From: Octopus sinensis
Lineage: Eukaryota
DNA length: 64,000 bases
Assembly: GCF_006345805.1 (NCBI RefSeq)
Contig: NC_043001.1
Location: 8,308,001-8,372,000 of the forward strand
Reading direction: 5' to 3'
The position numbers and the translations under genes are program-made. Under the pieces are notes generated by a model. It ran no database searches. It was not told the origin of the DNA and saw only the letters and a program-made list of their open reading frames with translations. Every line of letters starts with the position of its first letter. Within the stretch, counting starts at the first letter, position 1. This document shows positions 52,173-64,000 of the stretch, piece after piece.

Positions 52173-52600
52173 AGTGAAATTATTGTATACAGTGCTCAGG
52201 TGCACCACAACTCGTCAGAAAGTGCGTATAAAGTATATGCAGTAATGTACAAGTGTCTGGAAAGCGAATAATGTATGAGTCAGATACATCCTTGTGTGTG
52301 TATGGAGGGGAGAAAATCAGGTGTAGTGTTGGCAAATATCAGAAAGCATGGAAGTTTTGAAGGATGCAGTGCTCCGACAACTAACAACTGGTACCGGCAG
52401 TTTGTTCCATACTTCAGCAACTCTCAGTGTGAAAAAATGTTTCCTAAAGTCATGGGAGCTGTGCTGTTTTCTGACTTCGTAAATATGTCCATGGGTGTTA
52501 GACGGGTGGAGTTTGAAAAGGTGCTCAGAGTTATTGTTTGTAAGATGGTTAATAAGTTTATGAAAAATATTTTCGTATAATGTGAGAGATTGTGTGTGCA
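52172..52600 (-). mobile_element. CR1/L2-type LINE 3' end
   Basis: NTHGHIYEVRK...RKHFFTLRVAEVWNKLP...SFK, then a short 3' UTR and (ATT)n tail. Confidence 0.85.
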
Positions 52601-52904
52601 AATAATTTCTTATGATATTTTCATTGCTATCATGAATAATGGTAACCAAATAGATGGATAAGGAAGAAATGCTATTCTAGATGATCATGTGCCTCAATGA
52701 TTAAAGCTTCAAATATAGCGCTCTAAGAGGCCAAGAATAGAGAAAATGCATAACTGAGAGACGAACTTGGAGAATGACCCATCATGTAGAAAAGTGACCG
52801 TGGATCGCCGAAGATTTCCTTGATATTCCATTTAATACACAAATATTTCCGAAGCTGGCAACTTCCCTAAATATATTTAGTTTTGTCGCACAAAATTACT
52901 CGAA

Positions 52905-53712
52905 ATATGGAGATGGTCTAACGAATGGGACCTGTGTCTGAAAGTGTCTGAACGTGTCAAAGTGCTGTCATGTGTCTGTTGGCTCTCCTCCTGCAACTCA
53001 ACTTGATTTCGAGCCGGGTCATCTGTGCTGGAGAGGACCGATCAGATAAAGTACCTGGGTATCTTGGTGGATTCCTCCTTTTCGCATTCGGCCCAGTGCG
53101 TCTCTGCTGCCAACAAAGCACGCGGAGTTCTTTTCTTGATTCGACGGACATTCGGAATGCTCACAGCAGCCATATTCCAACCGCTCTATGTCACGCTGGT
53201 GCGACCCATATTGGAGTAGGGGATTCAAGCCTCTTCTCCTTATCTCCTCGAAAGAGTCCACAAGCTGACTAACCTCATGGTTCTTGGTCTCAAGAATTTA
53301 TCGAATGAAGAAAGGCTGAAGACGCTCGACCTTTATTCTCTAGAAAAACGACGACGCCGTGGTGATCTCATTCTTGCTCAAAACATCATAAGCGGAAAGT
53401 GTAAGCTCTCGAAAGAGCTGTTCTTCACTCTTGCTCCAGAGCGTCGGCTGCGGGGTCATTCCGAAAAGCTCTATCTGCGACGATTTCATCTCAATCGAAG
53501 GTGAGGGGCTTTCTCCGTCCGGGTTGCGGATCCGTGGAATAAGCTGCCGGACGAGATGGTGAAGATGCCGACGACCGCTCGGTTCAAAGTCTCCCTTGAC
53601 AACAGGTGGCCTGAACTCTTTAAATGAACACCACCCTGTACATAACTCCATGTCCCCCTACATGGCCTTGCTTTTTGCTTTTTGAGCCAAAAGATTAACT
53701 AACTAACTTACT
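52905..53712 (+). mobile_element. CR1-clade LINE 3' fragment (RT thumb and C-terminus)
   Basis: IKYLGILVD...ANKARGVLFLIRRTF...LYVTLVRPILE*...EERLKTLDLYSLEKRRRRGDLI...RGH...FSVRVADPWNKLP; in-frame stops; (AACT)n tail. Confidence 0.92.
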
Positions 53713-54479
53713 AAAATGTAAATTTAGAAGCTGATATCCAGTTAGATTCTGCTCTCCTGCCACATTCAAAGCGTAAATTATGTCATTCTTAAATGCTTTA
53801 ATGTAAAACAACTTCAGGCATAAGGCGTTTGAGTAAGGCGTTCGGGAAAATGGAATGAACTCTTAATATGGGATGTAAATAGAAATTTACTGCCCGACAA
53901 ACTTGCCGAAAATAATTTGGTCATCCTCATCACAATTTCGTGGCAGAACAAATTTATAAATGACATGGCAACATCAGGCAATGGCAGAAAACAAATCTTT
54001 AGACCGAAGTATTTCTAACAAAAAGATGTGCTGTCAGCTAAATCACTCAAAATTACGACTACTTTTTTTCAGAGAAGCATGTTCGCACAACACGTCAAAT
54101 AGCCTGCACATGCAATAATATGATGCATTTGGACTACATCAAAGACAAATGCATTCATATCTGGATTCCTTGATTGAACAATACGTTTACGTTTCAAGGT
54201 TTAGCACACGAATTACTCTTAAATTCCCAATTTCAATGATTATTCATTCGGCGAAGCTGAAGAAAATGATCACTAAAATTTCTCACCTCCAACTACTCTT
54301 TGAAGCCAGTAAAGATAAGAGTACTGGCGACAGCATTACTAACTTTACGTTAGCAAGAGGAGCGACTTGCTTCTACAGAAATGGTAACATTAGCAGAACT
54401 CAAGTAAATTAAATTTCATCTTCAATAACAGACGATCTCATTTCATAATTAAAAAAAAACAACTTTTGAAATATAATTA

Positions 54480-55320
54480 AGGAGTTGACAGGAGTAGTTG
54501 TGTAGTTAGTAGCTTGCTTTCTAACCACATGGTTCCGGCTTCAGGTGCACTGCATAGTATCTCGGGCAAGTGTATTCTACTATAGACTCGGGCTAACCGA
54601 AGACATCTCAATAGATAACAAGGTTATCCAGAGGTAATGCAGTACGATCGTTTCATGCGATTCCATTTAATTGAACGATGCAACCATTTCATTACATCAA
54701 TTTAAAATGTAGAGCAATCTTCAGCTGCAAAAAGACATAGAATTTAATTAAATTAGAAGGGCACATTAGTACAATTTAACGCCAAAGTGCCTCTTGAAAA
54801 TTTTGGGTAAAATTATGCTAATGTGTCCTTCTAATTTAATTAAATTTTATGTCTTTGTGTAGCTGAAGATTGCTCTACATTTTAAATTGATGCAATGAAA
54901 TGATTGCATTGTTCAATTAAATGGAGTCGCATGAAACGATCGTACTGCATTACCTTTGGATAACGTTGTTGTTTTCATACACACACACACACACACACAC
55001 ACACGTATATATGTGTGTGTGTGTGTGTGTGTCTCTCTGTGTGTATGTGTATGTCTGTGTATTATGTATGTATGTATACAAGGAGATATATAGATTGATA
55101 GATATAGATGTATATGTTTGCTTTTCTTTTGTCCTCCTATCATTGCTAGACAACTTATGCTGGTGTGTTTACCCCCCTGTAACATAGCGGTTTGGCAAAA
55201 GTGCCAGATAAAATAAGTACTAGGCTACAAAGTATAAGTCTTGAGATCCATTTGTTCGAGTGAACGCGGTGCTCCAGCATGGCCGCAGTCAAGTGACTGA
55301 AAGAAGTAAGAGAAATGACA
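54480..55320 (+). mobile_element. SINE family B interrupted by a palindrome
   Basis: Head about 54480-54603; tail about 55130-55320. Confidence 0.72.
54617..54970. repeat. 354-bp palindrome (foldback/MITE-like)
   Basis: Arms about 54617-54780 and 54807-54970 are reverse complements with scattered mismatches; a partial arm copy lies at about 13020-13100. Confidence 0.92.
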
Positions 55321-55989
55321 AAATAAGCTGGTTCCTTGGTTGTAATGATACGGGAAAACCCAGTGGACTTGTCTGTCTCAGCAATCTTTGCAGTTTTTAT
55401 CCTTGTGCATTTGTGAATGATAAGCAGTACCAATTGTTTTTTAAAATGTTAAATAACCTCATGTAAGTGTTGCAAAAATACCCCGAATATAACTCCATCT
55501 TAAACAAACATGCATTTTTAATTTTCTTGAAAGGTGAAGCGACCGATGCTCATGGAAAACCAGTCGAAATAACACAGCTGACTGTCCCTTGAAACATTAA
55601 GAAAAAGAAAGCTCCCAGAATTAATAATAATAATCCTAACTGAAAACCTATTTAATATCATTTTTAGGGCCAAATTTCGAATATCGTTAACGTTTAGATC
55701 AACTGAATGTTGAAATTTCTAAGAAGTAGGAATGCAGAAACAAACGGTAGAATTCAAAGTGTTATATCCTATCCGTTGTAGGCAAAAGTATTGCCAGTAT
55801 TCTTTACAATAACCTGAAATCAGTTGTTGGTTCTCTTGAACCGAGATAATATGACTTAGAGCAAGTTAAGATATGACAGAATTTACAATGGCTTCTCTGG
55901 AAGAAATTCGCTTTTGATGTTCGTCCGTTAAAATTGCGGAAAATTTCCTGAAATTTCATGATTCATTTTCTTAAATGTATGCACAATGT

Positions 55990-56210
55990 AAGGCGGCGTG
56001 TTGGCAGAAACGTTAGTACGCCGGGTGAAATACCTAGCGGTAATTCGCCAGCTGTTACCTTCTGAGTTCAAATTCCGCCGAGGTCTACTTAGCCTTTTAT
56101 CCTTCGGAGTCGATTAAATAATACAAGTTAATCACTGGGATGGATGTAATCGACTTAATCTCCTTATTTGTCCCTTCTATGTTTAGCCCCTAGTAGGTAA
56201 TAAAGAAATA
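55990..56210 (+). mobile_element. SINE family A, diverged
   Basis: aaggcggcgtgttggcagaaacgttag head and family A tail. Confidence 0.8.
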
Positions 56211-57029
56211 TATGTATGCGCTTTTTTTTGATCAACTGACAGAAATATAAATCAGCCATATGACGTCACATTTCTCATTGTATGTGTATTTATTGCTATT
56301 GTCATCGTTCCTGTCAGAATCATGATGCCACCTATCTTTGAATTCATTTATATAACAGTTGGGGCAACAGGCATAATTTTGTAGTCATCTTGTTGGACTT
56401 TCAGTAAAGTACAATAACAGCATTTGTCCAAATTGAGAGATAAGAGATAAACTGCACCCATTAAGCCATGTTCAATCAAGCTCATATTTAGTTCAATCTA
56501 CATGTAAATCTGTACCACCCTTAAACGCGTCACATTTTCCATTCTACTAACTTCGTAAGAACTACACAGAGAAATCTTTAAAACAGAAAGTGCTTTCCTC
56601 GCTCCAAACCTTGGAAATATGCAATAGCGTGCTGCTTTATCGAATATTAAGAGTTCCACTAACTCCTTTATATTTCGAAGTAGAACTTTGGTGCTCATAA
56701 ATGCATTTATTCCAGGACCAAATTCTTAGAAACTATACCAAAATATTTACCAGCATGTCAACAATTATCTCTGGGTTTTTTTTTGCTTGCTCATTTAAAG
56801 TATGGTTAAATCTGCAATTAGAGAAAGTTGGTATATTTTCATATTATTGCATTTGGGTATAGATACGTTTAAAGTATATTGGTAACATCAGTGAAAACTA
56901 AACTCTATTTCGATTGAGACAATAGCCTGCGATTTTGCAAAGTCTTTATGCATCGGCCTTAATACCCAACGGTAGTTACTACGAATGTTTATGATGTAAA
57001 TCCAAAACGCTCTTTTTAAACATTTACAG

Positions 57030-57070
57030 GTTTGACTAAATTTCCAGTCGAAGGTGATGAATAGTCAAAG
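57030..57070 (+). CDS. Candidate exon with start codon (ATG 57057; MNSQ, phase 2)
   Basis: Acceptor ttttaaacatttacag, strong donor AAAG|gtaaga; 14 coding nt join in frame to 57372. Confidence 0.4.
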
Positions 57071-57371
57071 GTAAGAATAAGAGTGCTCAATACCGTGGCT
57101 GATTTTAAGAGTCGATTTTCATACAGGCACTTGGGATAGTTTTCCCATTTCAGGATGTTACACCGTAACTCAAATTTGGAAGATATGTAAATGCAGCGTG
57201 TGCACTGCATCCTCTGCTTATGCAAAGATAAAATAATTGTCTTCAAAATTCCACACATATTAGCAATTTTATGTGAATGACTCATGAATGGATTTAGAAC
57301 AATTTTCTATTCTCAAAGCAAACAGATCAAAGTGAAAGTGCGGTTTGAAACTCTCAGGTTTTTCAATATAG

Positions 57372-57526
57372 ACTTGGCAAAATATGTGGTCTTGAAATAG
57401 TCCGTAGAATCATGAGGAGCTCAATATTCAAAGAAGATGATAAACTATCAGAAAAATATGAAGACAACGCGAAATATAAAACGTTACTAGAAGAAGATTC
57501 CTTACATTGTAAATACCAAAAGCCTG
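57372..57526 (+). CDS. Candidate 155-nt coding exon of an unidentified protein (RLGKICGLEIVRRIMRSSIFKEDDKLSEKYEDNAKYKTLLEEDSLHCKYQKP)
   Basis: Acceptor tttttcaatatag, donor CTG|gtatgt; 51 open codons with protein-like charged composition; frame closes immediately after the donor. Confidence 0.55.
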
Positions 57527-58914
57527 GTATGTAAAAAATTGCGCTTGACATCTTTCCTTTATCAGCTATCATGAAATCAGTGGAGACCACGATGTTTGCT
57601 GTGAGAAGTAGTCACTGCGAACGGTGATTTTATTTGAAATAAGAAAATAAGGAGTGTTTCTTTAAAAGAATTCAGTTTTTATCCTTTACTTTGCATATAT
57701 TATGTATTTGTTCTTAGCTATGGGCGTCTTTTTCACGTTTGGCACCAGTACAAAAAAGTCAAAGTCAATTTTTTTAGTGAAATCTTAACCTATGGACTAT
57801 TTGGCAAACGTGTACTGATCTACATATTGGCAATATCGCATTATTTTGGCGCTAGGATCTATACGTGTGATGTCAACCAGATATAACATAACACAAGCGA
57901 GCCAACTTGTTAAAAGCTTCCGACATTCAAGCAATGTTCGGCTTCTTCGAATAGTGAAATTTGGTACGAATCCAATTCAGCGATTTCCTTTGACACAGCA
58001 TGAAGCTTATTTCTATAGAGTTATCAGGCCACTCTAACGTATGGAAAAGCTATGTGTCGTCTGAAAATGATAACAAAATCAATGCATTGAGGAATAAAAG
58101 AAATACGATAATATAATTTCTATAAAATGTATTTCGATTTATCTACAAATATTTTATTAATGTGGAATATAACTTATTTTGTGCATAATAAAATATATCT
58201 ATCTTTATTTCGGATATTAAATTTTGTCATCGAATCGCATAATCGCAAGGAAGCCACTATACATTCTTTCCTTTAATGTAAATCTGTATAAAGTGCAACA
58301 CAGAACGTCTATATAATGATATAATATACGAGCAATTTACGATATATGTTCCGTTTTAATTTCTAGTTTTTCCGTATGAGAAAATAAAATGTGAATTATC
58401 TGAAGTAATATTCGGAATAGATAATCGGATAGTGGATTAAACGTATGCTAACTAACTAAATTGGATTGGTTGTACAAAGGAATAGAAAGGTAGCATAATT
58501 TAACAGAAATGTGACTTGTTTCATACTTAATAATAATGGAGTAATATGGAAAAGGAAATGATAATGAAATTGAATAAATCACCGCATTATATCATTTGAT
58601 CCCAACTCTAAACTCTGTGCATTTTATAGTGCATCATTTACACTATAAATTAACAAATTCGGAAGCATAGAATATTAAAATTTCAGTTTATAAATGAGAC
58701 ATGAAATGAATTGGCGAATGCTGTGCGTCCATAAACCTTTCCGGTTTCTAAATTTCATCTGATGAACTTAATCTCCGTACGATAAATTGCATTCATTACT
58801 TAATATTATTGTTGCCGTTGTTCTTGTTATGCTTGTCGTTGTCGTTATATTATCATCATTATTGTTGTTGTTGTTGTTGCTGACATTTTTATTATTATTA
58901 TTATTATTATTATC

Positions 58915-58950
58915 ATTAGTAGTAGCAGTAGTAGTATTAGTAGCAGCAGC

Positions 58951-59026
<76 letters not shown>

Positions 59027-59033
59027 AGAGTAA

Positions 59034-59068
<35 letters not shown>

Positions 59069-59270
59069 AGAGTAATAGTAGTAGTAGTAGTAGTGGTAGA
59101 AATAGTAGAAGCAGCAGTAGTACCAGCAGCAGCAGTGGTGTTGTTGATTTGATGTTGTGATTCTTGTGGTGATCATAGTAGTAGTAGTAGTAGTAGTAGT
59201 AGCAGTAGTAGCAGTAGCAGTAGCAGTAGTAGTAGTAGTAGTAGCAGTAGTGGCAGCAGCAGCAGCAGCA
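58915..59270. repeat. (AGT)n/(AGC)n microsatellites
   Basis: Direct reading. Confidence 0.95.
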
Positions 59271-60483
59271 TTTCGTTGCTGCTATTATAGCATTATGATT
59301 ATTTAATTATGTTAATTATGTTCCTGTCAACTCACTATGGCCGACTGAACGAGAGGAATAAAACGGGAAATGATGGAGTGCACAATGGATGCGGTTTTAT
59401 GAGACACATTAAACGAAGATCTTCACATTCATTACAATAAGGACGATGCACCTGAAATAAACGCTCACCTTCCATTACCGTTCTGAGTAATTTATGAAGG
59501 TTAATGATGCTATCATTTAACAGGGATCAAGGGGAGGCTTACAAAAATATAGAATGCGTTAATTAAAATGAATGTTTACTAAGTTAACTTGCTATTTAAA
59601 TTGTATGTAATTAAGGAGCTTATTAAGGGTTTGTTGTAAGAGTTTATGACTACAAAATGCGAAAATAAAAACCTCGTAGGTAAATTTTACTAAATATTTT
59701 ATAATTATAACAAGGGCTGGCTTTAGATTCAATTAGTTGCAGTTCGTGGTGAGGCATAAAACTGAAAACTTGTTATGATTATGTATATCATAAAATATTT
59801 TTGTAATATATACATACATACAGGCGCAGGAGTGGCTGTGTGGTAAGTAGTTTGCTTACCTTACTTGACAGAAGAGTTCGCATTTGCATGCGGCTTGGAA
59901 GTCACGTCCTTCGACGTGAAATATTGAACGTTTAAAGCTCGACTAAAGGTAGGCGTTTGTTTTATGGGGGGGGGAGGCAAGTGGAGTTTTTGTTGTTCTG
60001 TTATTAATAATTTTTGTTGAGCTCATATAAGTGATTTTACCAGTCTTTATAGTTTGAACAGTTAGTATAACTTGCACTTTACTTCAATAGAGAAATCTAC
60101 TTCCAAGGCTTTGAACATTTTTTCAACCAACGTATCCCCCTCTATTTGTTCTCTACTTATTATTTCTTTAAAACTTCTCTTCCTAGTATCTGTCTTTGAC
60201 ATCGAATCTACTAACGGTTTTCTTTAAAATACTTAATAGCGTTCTGTTTATCACTTAGGCAGTCATCGAAATTGTTATAATATATTGTTGTTGAGATAAG
60301 CTCTCTTTCTTTCCTGGTGAGAAGATTGCATTTTATACCGTGTATTCCTTTGGAATAAAACTAATGTTGTCTTCGAAACATATGTCGAAAGTAAAAGAAT
60401 TTTAATAACATCTTCGTTCAACTCCATTTATTTACACTACACAAATTACTGCACATTAACTCGGAGTTTCTACCATTGAATAG

Positions 60484-60525
60484 GTCGCTACATCCTTGGT
60501 ACTTTGCGTGAATTTTGCTACCATG
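60484..60525 (+). CDS. Candidate 42-nt phase 1-1 exon (RYILGTLREFCYH)
   Basis: Acceptor ttctaccattgaatag, donor CATG|gtaact; frame open. Confidence 0.2.
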
Positions 60526-60590
60526 GTAACTGTTTATTGAATTTTCCATGTTAACGGTAAACAAAGGATAATTCATTCATCCATTTATAT

Positions 60591-60643
<53 letters not shown>

Positions 60644-62573
60644 GGAGTATTTGTGTGTGTGGGTGGAGTAAGAATCTCTCACAAGTTATAATTCTATGGT
60701 GGTTCATGTCTTCAAGTAATGCTTACAATTAACTTCGTGTCTCTGCAGACAAGCTCCGAAAACACGAACTTGTGAAAAGTATGAAACATTGACATTAAAA
60801 GACCCAGTATAAAAGCCCCCCTCCCCCAACAATCTGGTATATTGCCATGTTGAGCTATGTTTTGGACACGCAAGGCAGGTTCCAAGCCTGGAATCGTAGC
60901 GAAAATTTCATAATCGCCAGCAATATACATTCATTCCTTCATGACCGTAAGTAGCAACTGCAAACGTGTTCATCTCGTAACATATGTTAATTCATGTAAA
61001 CCTCTCTGCCGTTGCGAGTGGATACAGGCATCTTAATTTTCTCACATTTGGCCATTCTCACCAGTAACATTGTTACATTTCGTGGCCTAGCGGAAAAGAG
61101 GAGGTCCGCTCAACTGGTTTTCTATTTTAGCAGGTTGATTGAATACTTATACCACGAGACAACGAACAACACGTTGCGCGATGCGCACCCATGTTGTTGA
61201 TATTGAATTCCACATCATGTGTTCTAGATTTAACAACGTAACTTTACTTTCTTTTGAATAAACTTTTGATCATGCTTTTTTTTGTTTACTTATAATAATA
61301 AGAAATATAAAATGAAATGCCTCTTTCGCACGTGAAACGTGGGTGGTTCTTTTGAAAACCTCCAGTTGTAAATTAAAACATACTTGGTTGATTTGTATAA
61401 CATCATTCTGCGTGACATTATCTTAAAACGCACAACAGATAAACTCCTGCGCTCCATTTTACAATCATTGCACGCTTGCATTAAAATAATGCAATGCATG
61501 CAGGTGCAACAGAGCGTCTTTCGAATTTGTCGAAATTATTGTCGAATGTGGCTAAATTATACTCTGCGAGAATAATGTTTCTTTGTTTGTTTTGTGAGAA
61601 ATAGATGATTGGATGATGAAAAGTAGAACTGATTTATTGCTTCAATATGAAAAATAATTTTATTTATTGAGACAAAAATAGAATATATTGTATTTATTAT
61701 TATTGCCATGATAAATAGGAATAGAAACTCGGTTTCTATATAAACTACGCTGTGCATATTATAAGTGCAGTGTAGTGGTCCATCAATCTGTATTTTATAT
61801 TTTATGCATGTATTTCAATTTCACCAATTTTTACTTCAGAGCAAGCCAGCTTTCATTTCTTTAATCACTTCCTGATCGATAAAATAAGCACCCGTAATGT
61901 ATATTGGCAGGGATTATCAGCTATATAACTTCTTATACAAAGGAGCCTTGTGATTAAAAATAAATCGATGATACATTTACAGTTGCTTGTATTTTATTGG
62001 ATTACAAACGAGCTTTGATTTTTTTAATAAATAGAAATATTTTTTCATCGATTGCTGATATTTGCTTTCAATATACGATTGATGCAATTAAAAAAAAAAG
62101 AAGCCCAATATACATATGCTAGGAATATAGAATTCAAGAAATTATTGAATCACAATACAATGTATTCATAAATCTTGTAAAAGCTTACGCCACACGTTAA
62201 TAATAATAGTTCAGATATCAGTGAGTAAAAAGAGGGAAAGCCTTACGAATGCTGAGCAAGCATCGACACAATTTCGAATTTCTAACACGATACTTTTACG
62301 TAGCGTAGTGTAAGAATCAAACCTTTTGGGACTTTGCATACTAAATATGTCAGACGTTTAAGCGACAAATATTATACAAAACCAGATATTCATTCAGAAC
62401 CTGAGGAAATTTGGATTTCCTTTCATTACTTTTGATTTCTTAGTAAATGCTAAGCGGTTTATCCCAGCTTACAACAATAATTATATGTATGGATGTAGTT
62501 AGGGATATATGCATCTATACAGTTCTATGTTTAAGAAATGACGAATTATGTACATCATAAAAATTATTTAAAA

Positions 62574-62636
62574 TTGACGGATATTTGTCCTCATCTTGTT
62601 TGGTGTTAACACAACGTTTGGGCTGATATAACCTCC
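62574..62636 (-). repeat. Truncated copy of HHR family delta (3' half of the motif)
   Basis: Reverse complement of 63365-63427 with 4 mismatches in 63 nt. Confidence 0.85.
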
Positions 62637-62640
62637 ATAT

Positions 62641-62708
62641 GACGTAGTGGGTTAGAGCGCGAGCTACTAACCCCAAGATTCCGAGTTCGATTCTGAGCAG
62701 TGACATGA
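62641..62708 (+). mobile_element. Short tRNA-like SINE head with (AAT)n tail
   Basis: gacgtagtgggttagagc (A box-like) and gagttcgattc (B box). Confidence 0.6.
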
Positions 62709-62714
62709 ATAATA

Positions 62715-62749
<35 letters not shown>

Positions 62750-62858
62750 TAATAATAATAATGATAATAATAATAAGAAGAAGAAGAAGAAGAAGAAGAA
62801 GGAGAAGAAGAAGAAGAAGAAGAAGAAGAAGAAGAAGAAGAAGAAGAAGATGATGATG

Positions 62859-62912
<54 letters not shown>

Positions 62913-62913
<1 letters not shown>

Positions 62914-63210
62914 CAGCAGATGACAACGTGTCTCTAAAAGAAATGGAGAAACTTTCAAAATACAAAGGCCTGGAAATAGAGGTAACTAGAATGTGGAATC
63001 TAAAAACAGAAACAATTCCTATCATAGTAGGCGCATTAGGTATGATAAAAAAAACACCAGGACTTACAAACACATATAACATACAGAAAATTGCACTGCT
63101 AGGCACTGCACACATCGTACGCAGAACACTTTCCATACAATAACTATGAGAGCCACTACCGAGCTGCGCTCGGTAGTGAGGTGAAAGCACGCTATAAAAA
63201 TAAAACTACG

Positions 63211-63211
<1 letters not shown>
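62913..63211 (+). mobile_element. R4/Dong-type retrotransposon 3' end (restriction-like endonuclease C-terminus plus 3' UTR)
   Basis: PADDNVSLKEMEKLSKYKGLEIEVTRMWNLKTETIPIIVGALG...IQKIALLGTAHIVRRTL; flanked by (AAT)n on both sides. Confidence 0.85.
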
Positions 63212-63285
<74 letters not shown>

Positions 63286-63347
63286 CAACAACAACATGAA
63301 GATCGACAAATGGCTTAGGAAGAGAACCCAGATTCGAAATTCGCCAA

Positions 63348-63393
63348 GACATCTGATGAAGGCTGGAGGGTATATCAGCCGAAGCGTTGTGTT
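63348..63393 (+). ncRNA. Minimal hammerhead-like motif, family delta (GAAG core variant)
   Basis: GACAU CUGAUGA A GGCUG-GAGGGUAUAU-CAGCC GAAG CGUU GUGUU; stem I 5 bp with G-U pairs, stem II 5 bp. Confidence 0.62.
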
Positions 63394-63522
63394 AACAACA
63401 AACAAGATGAGGACAAATATCCGTCAAATGTTAATAACGTACATAATGTATATATGCATCTATGTATTTCTTTCATTGTATATATATGTTCCAGAATATA
63501 CGCATAAATACACGCATACACA

Positions 63523-63557
<35 letters not shown>

Positions 63558-63574
63558 CACACACACACACACAC

Positions 63575-63633
<59 letters not shown>

Positions 63634-64000
63634 TTGTGTTGGTTCATTATTGGCAACGAAAGCATTGTTGTTTCGTAGTAGGTATCTGTCTGTCATATAT
63701 AACTTGGAAAGAGAGAGGACTATGCCCGAATGTGAGGGCTAAGAGCAGATAAGTGTATCGATAGCAGACGAAAAAGCCCATAAGTAGCGAGGGTAATTGC
63801 TTCGTCTAGATTTCTGCTTCTTTTAGCGTTATCTGCAGCAGATATCGACTAGCGTCTGAATTCTTAATGACTATAGTCTCTAATGATATACAAATGGTGT
63901 CGATAAATATTTTGAATAAATTAAACAACGTTCTTCCTTAAACACTCACCATCAGAACCCAGCGCAAATGCTATCAGGTAGGAATATAAAATATTTTATT

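Noticed and set aside
57566-57623. Next exon immediately after 57526 (acceptor ctttcctttatcag)
   Set aside because: Would need a 39-nt intron, which is implausibly short

Overview
Eukaryotic, AT-rich, microsatellite-dense DNA that is mostly intronic or intergenic. Most likely an octopus (inference from the tRNA-derived SINE families and the (TA)n/(CA)n/(AAT)n load). Most entries in the ORF track are microsatellite or antisense-transposon artefacts. Supportable content: three modular tRNA-headed SINE families (about 20 copies), decayed mariner, CR1-type, R4/Dong-type and Penelope-like (GIY-YIG) elements, Helitron-like non-autonomous repeats, two long palindromes, and a few candidate spliced exons (best pair: 57030-57070 joined to 57372-57526). 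The main signal is seven hammerhead-ribozyme (HHR) motifs from four sequence-unrelated families, each lying next to microsatellites. One (24302-24346) is a complete minimal type I hammerhead heading a ~260-nt unit packed with hairpins. One family carries the same non-canonical core (CUGUYGA) in both copies. All alignments were done by eye, so identities are approximate and element boundaries may be off by tens of bases.
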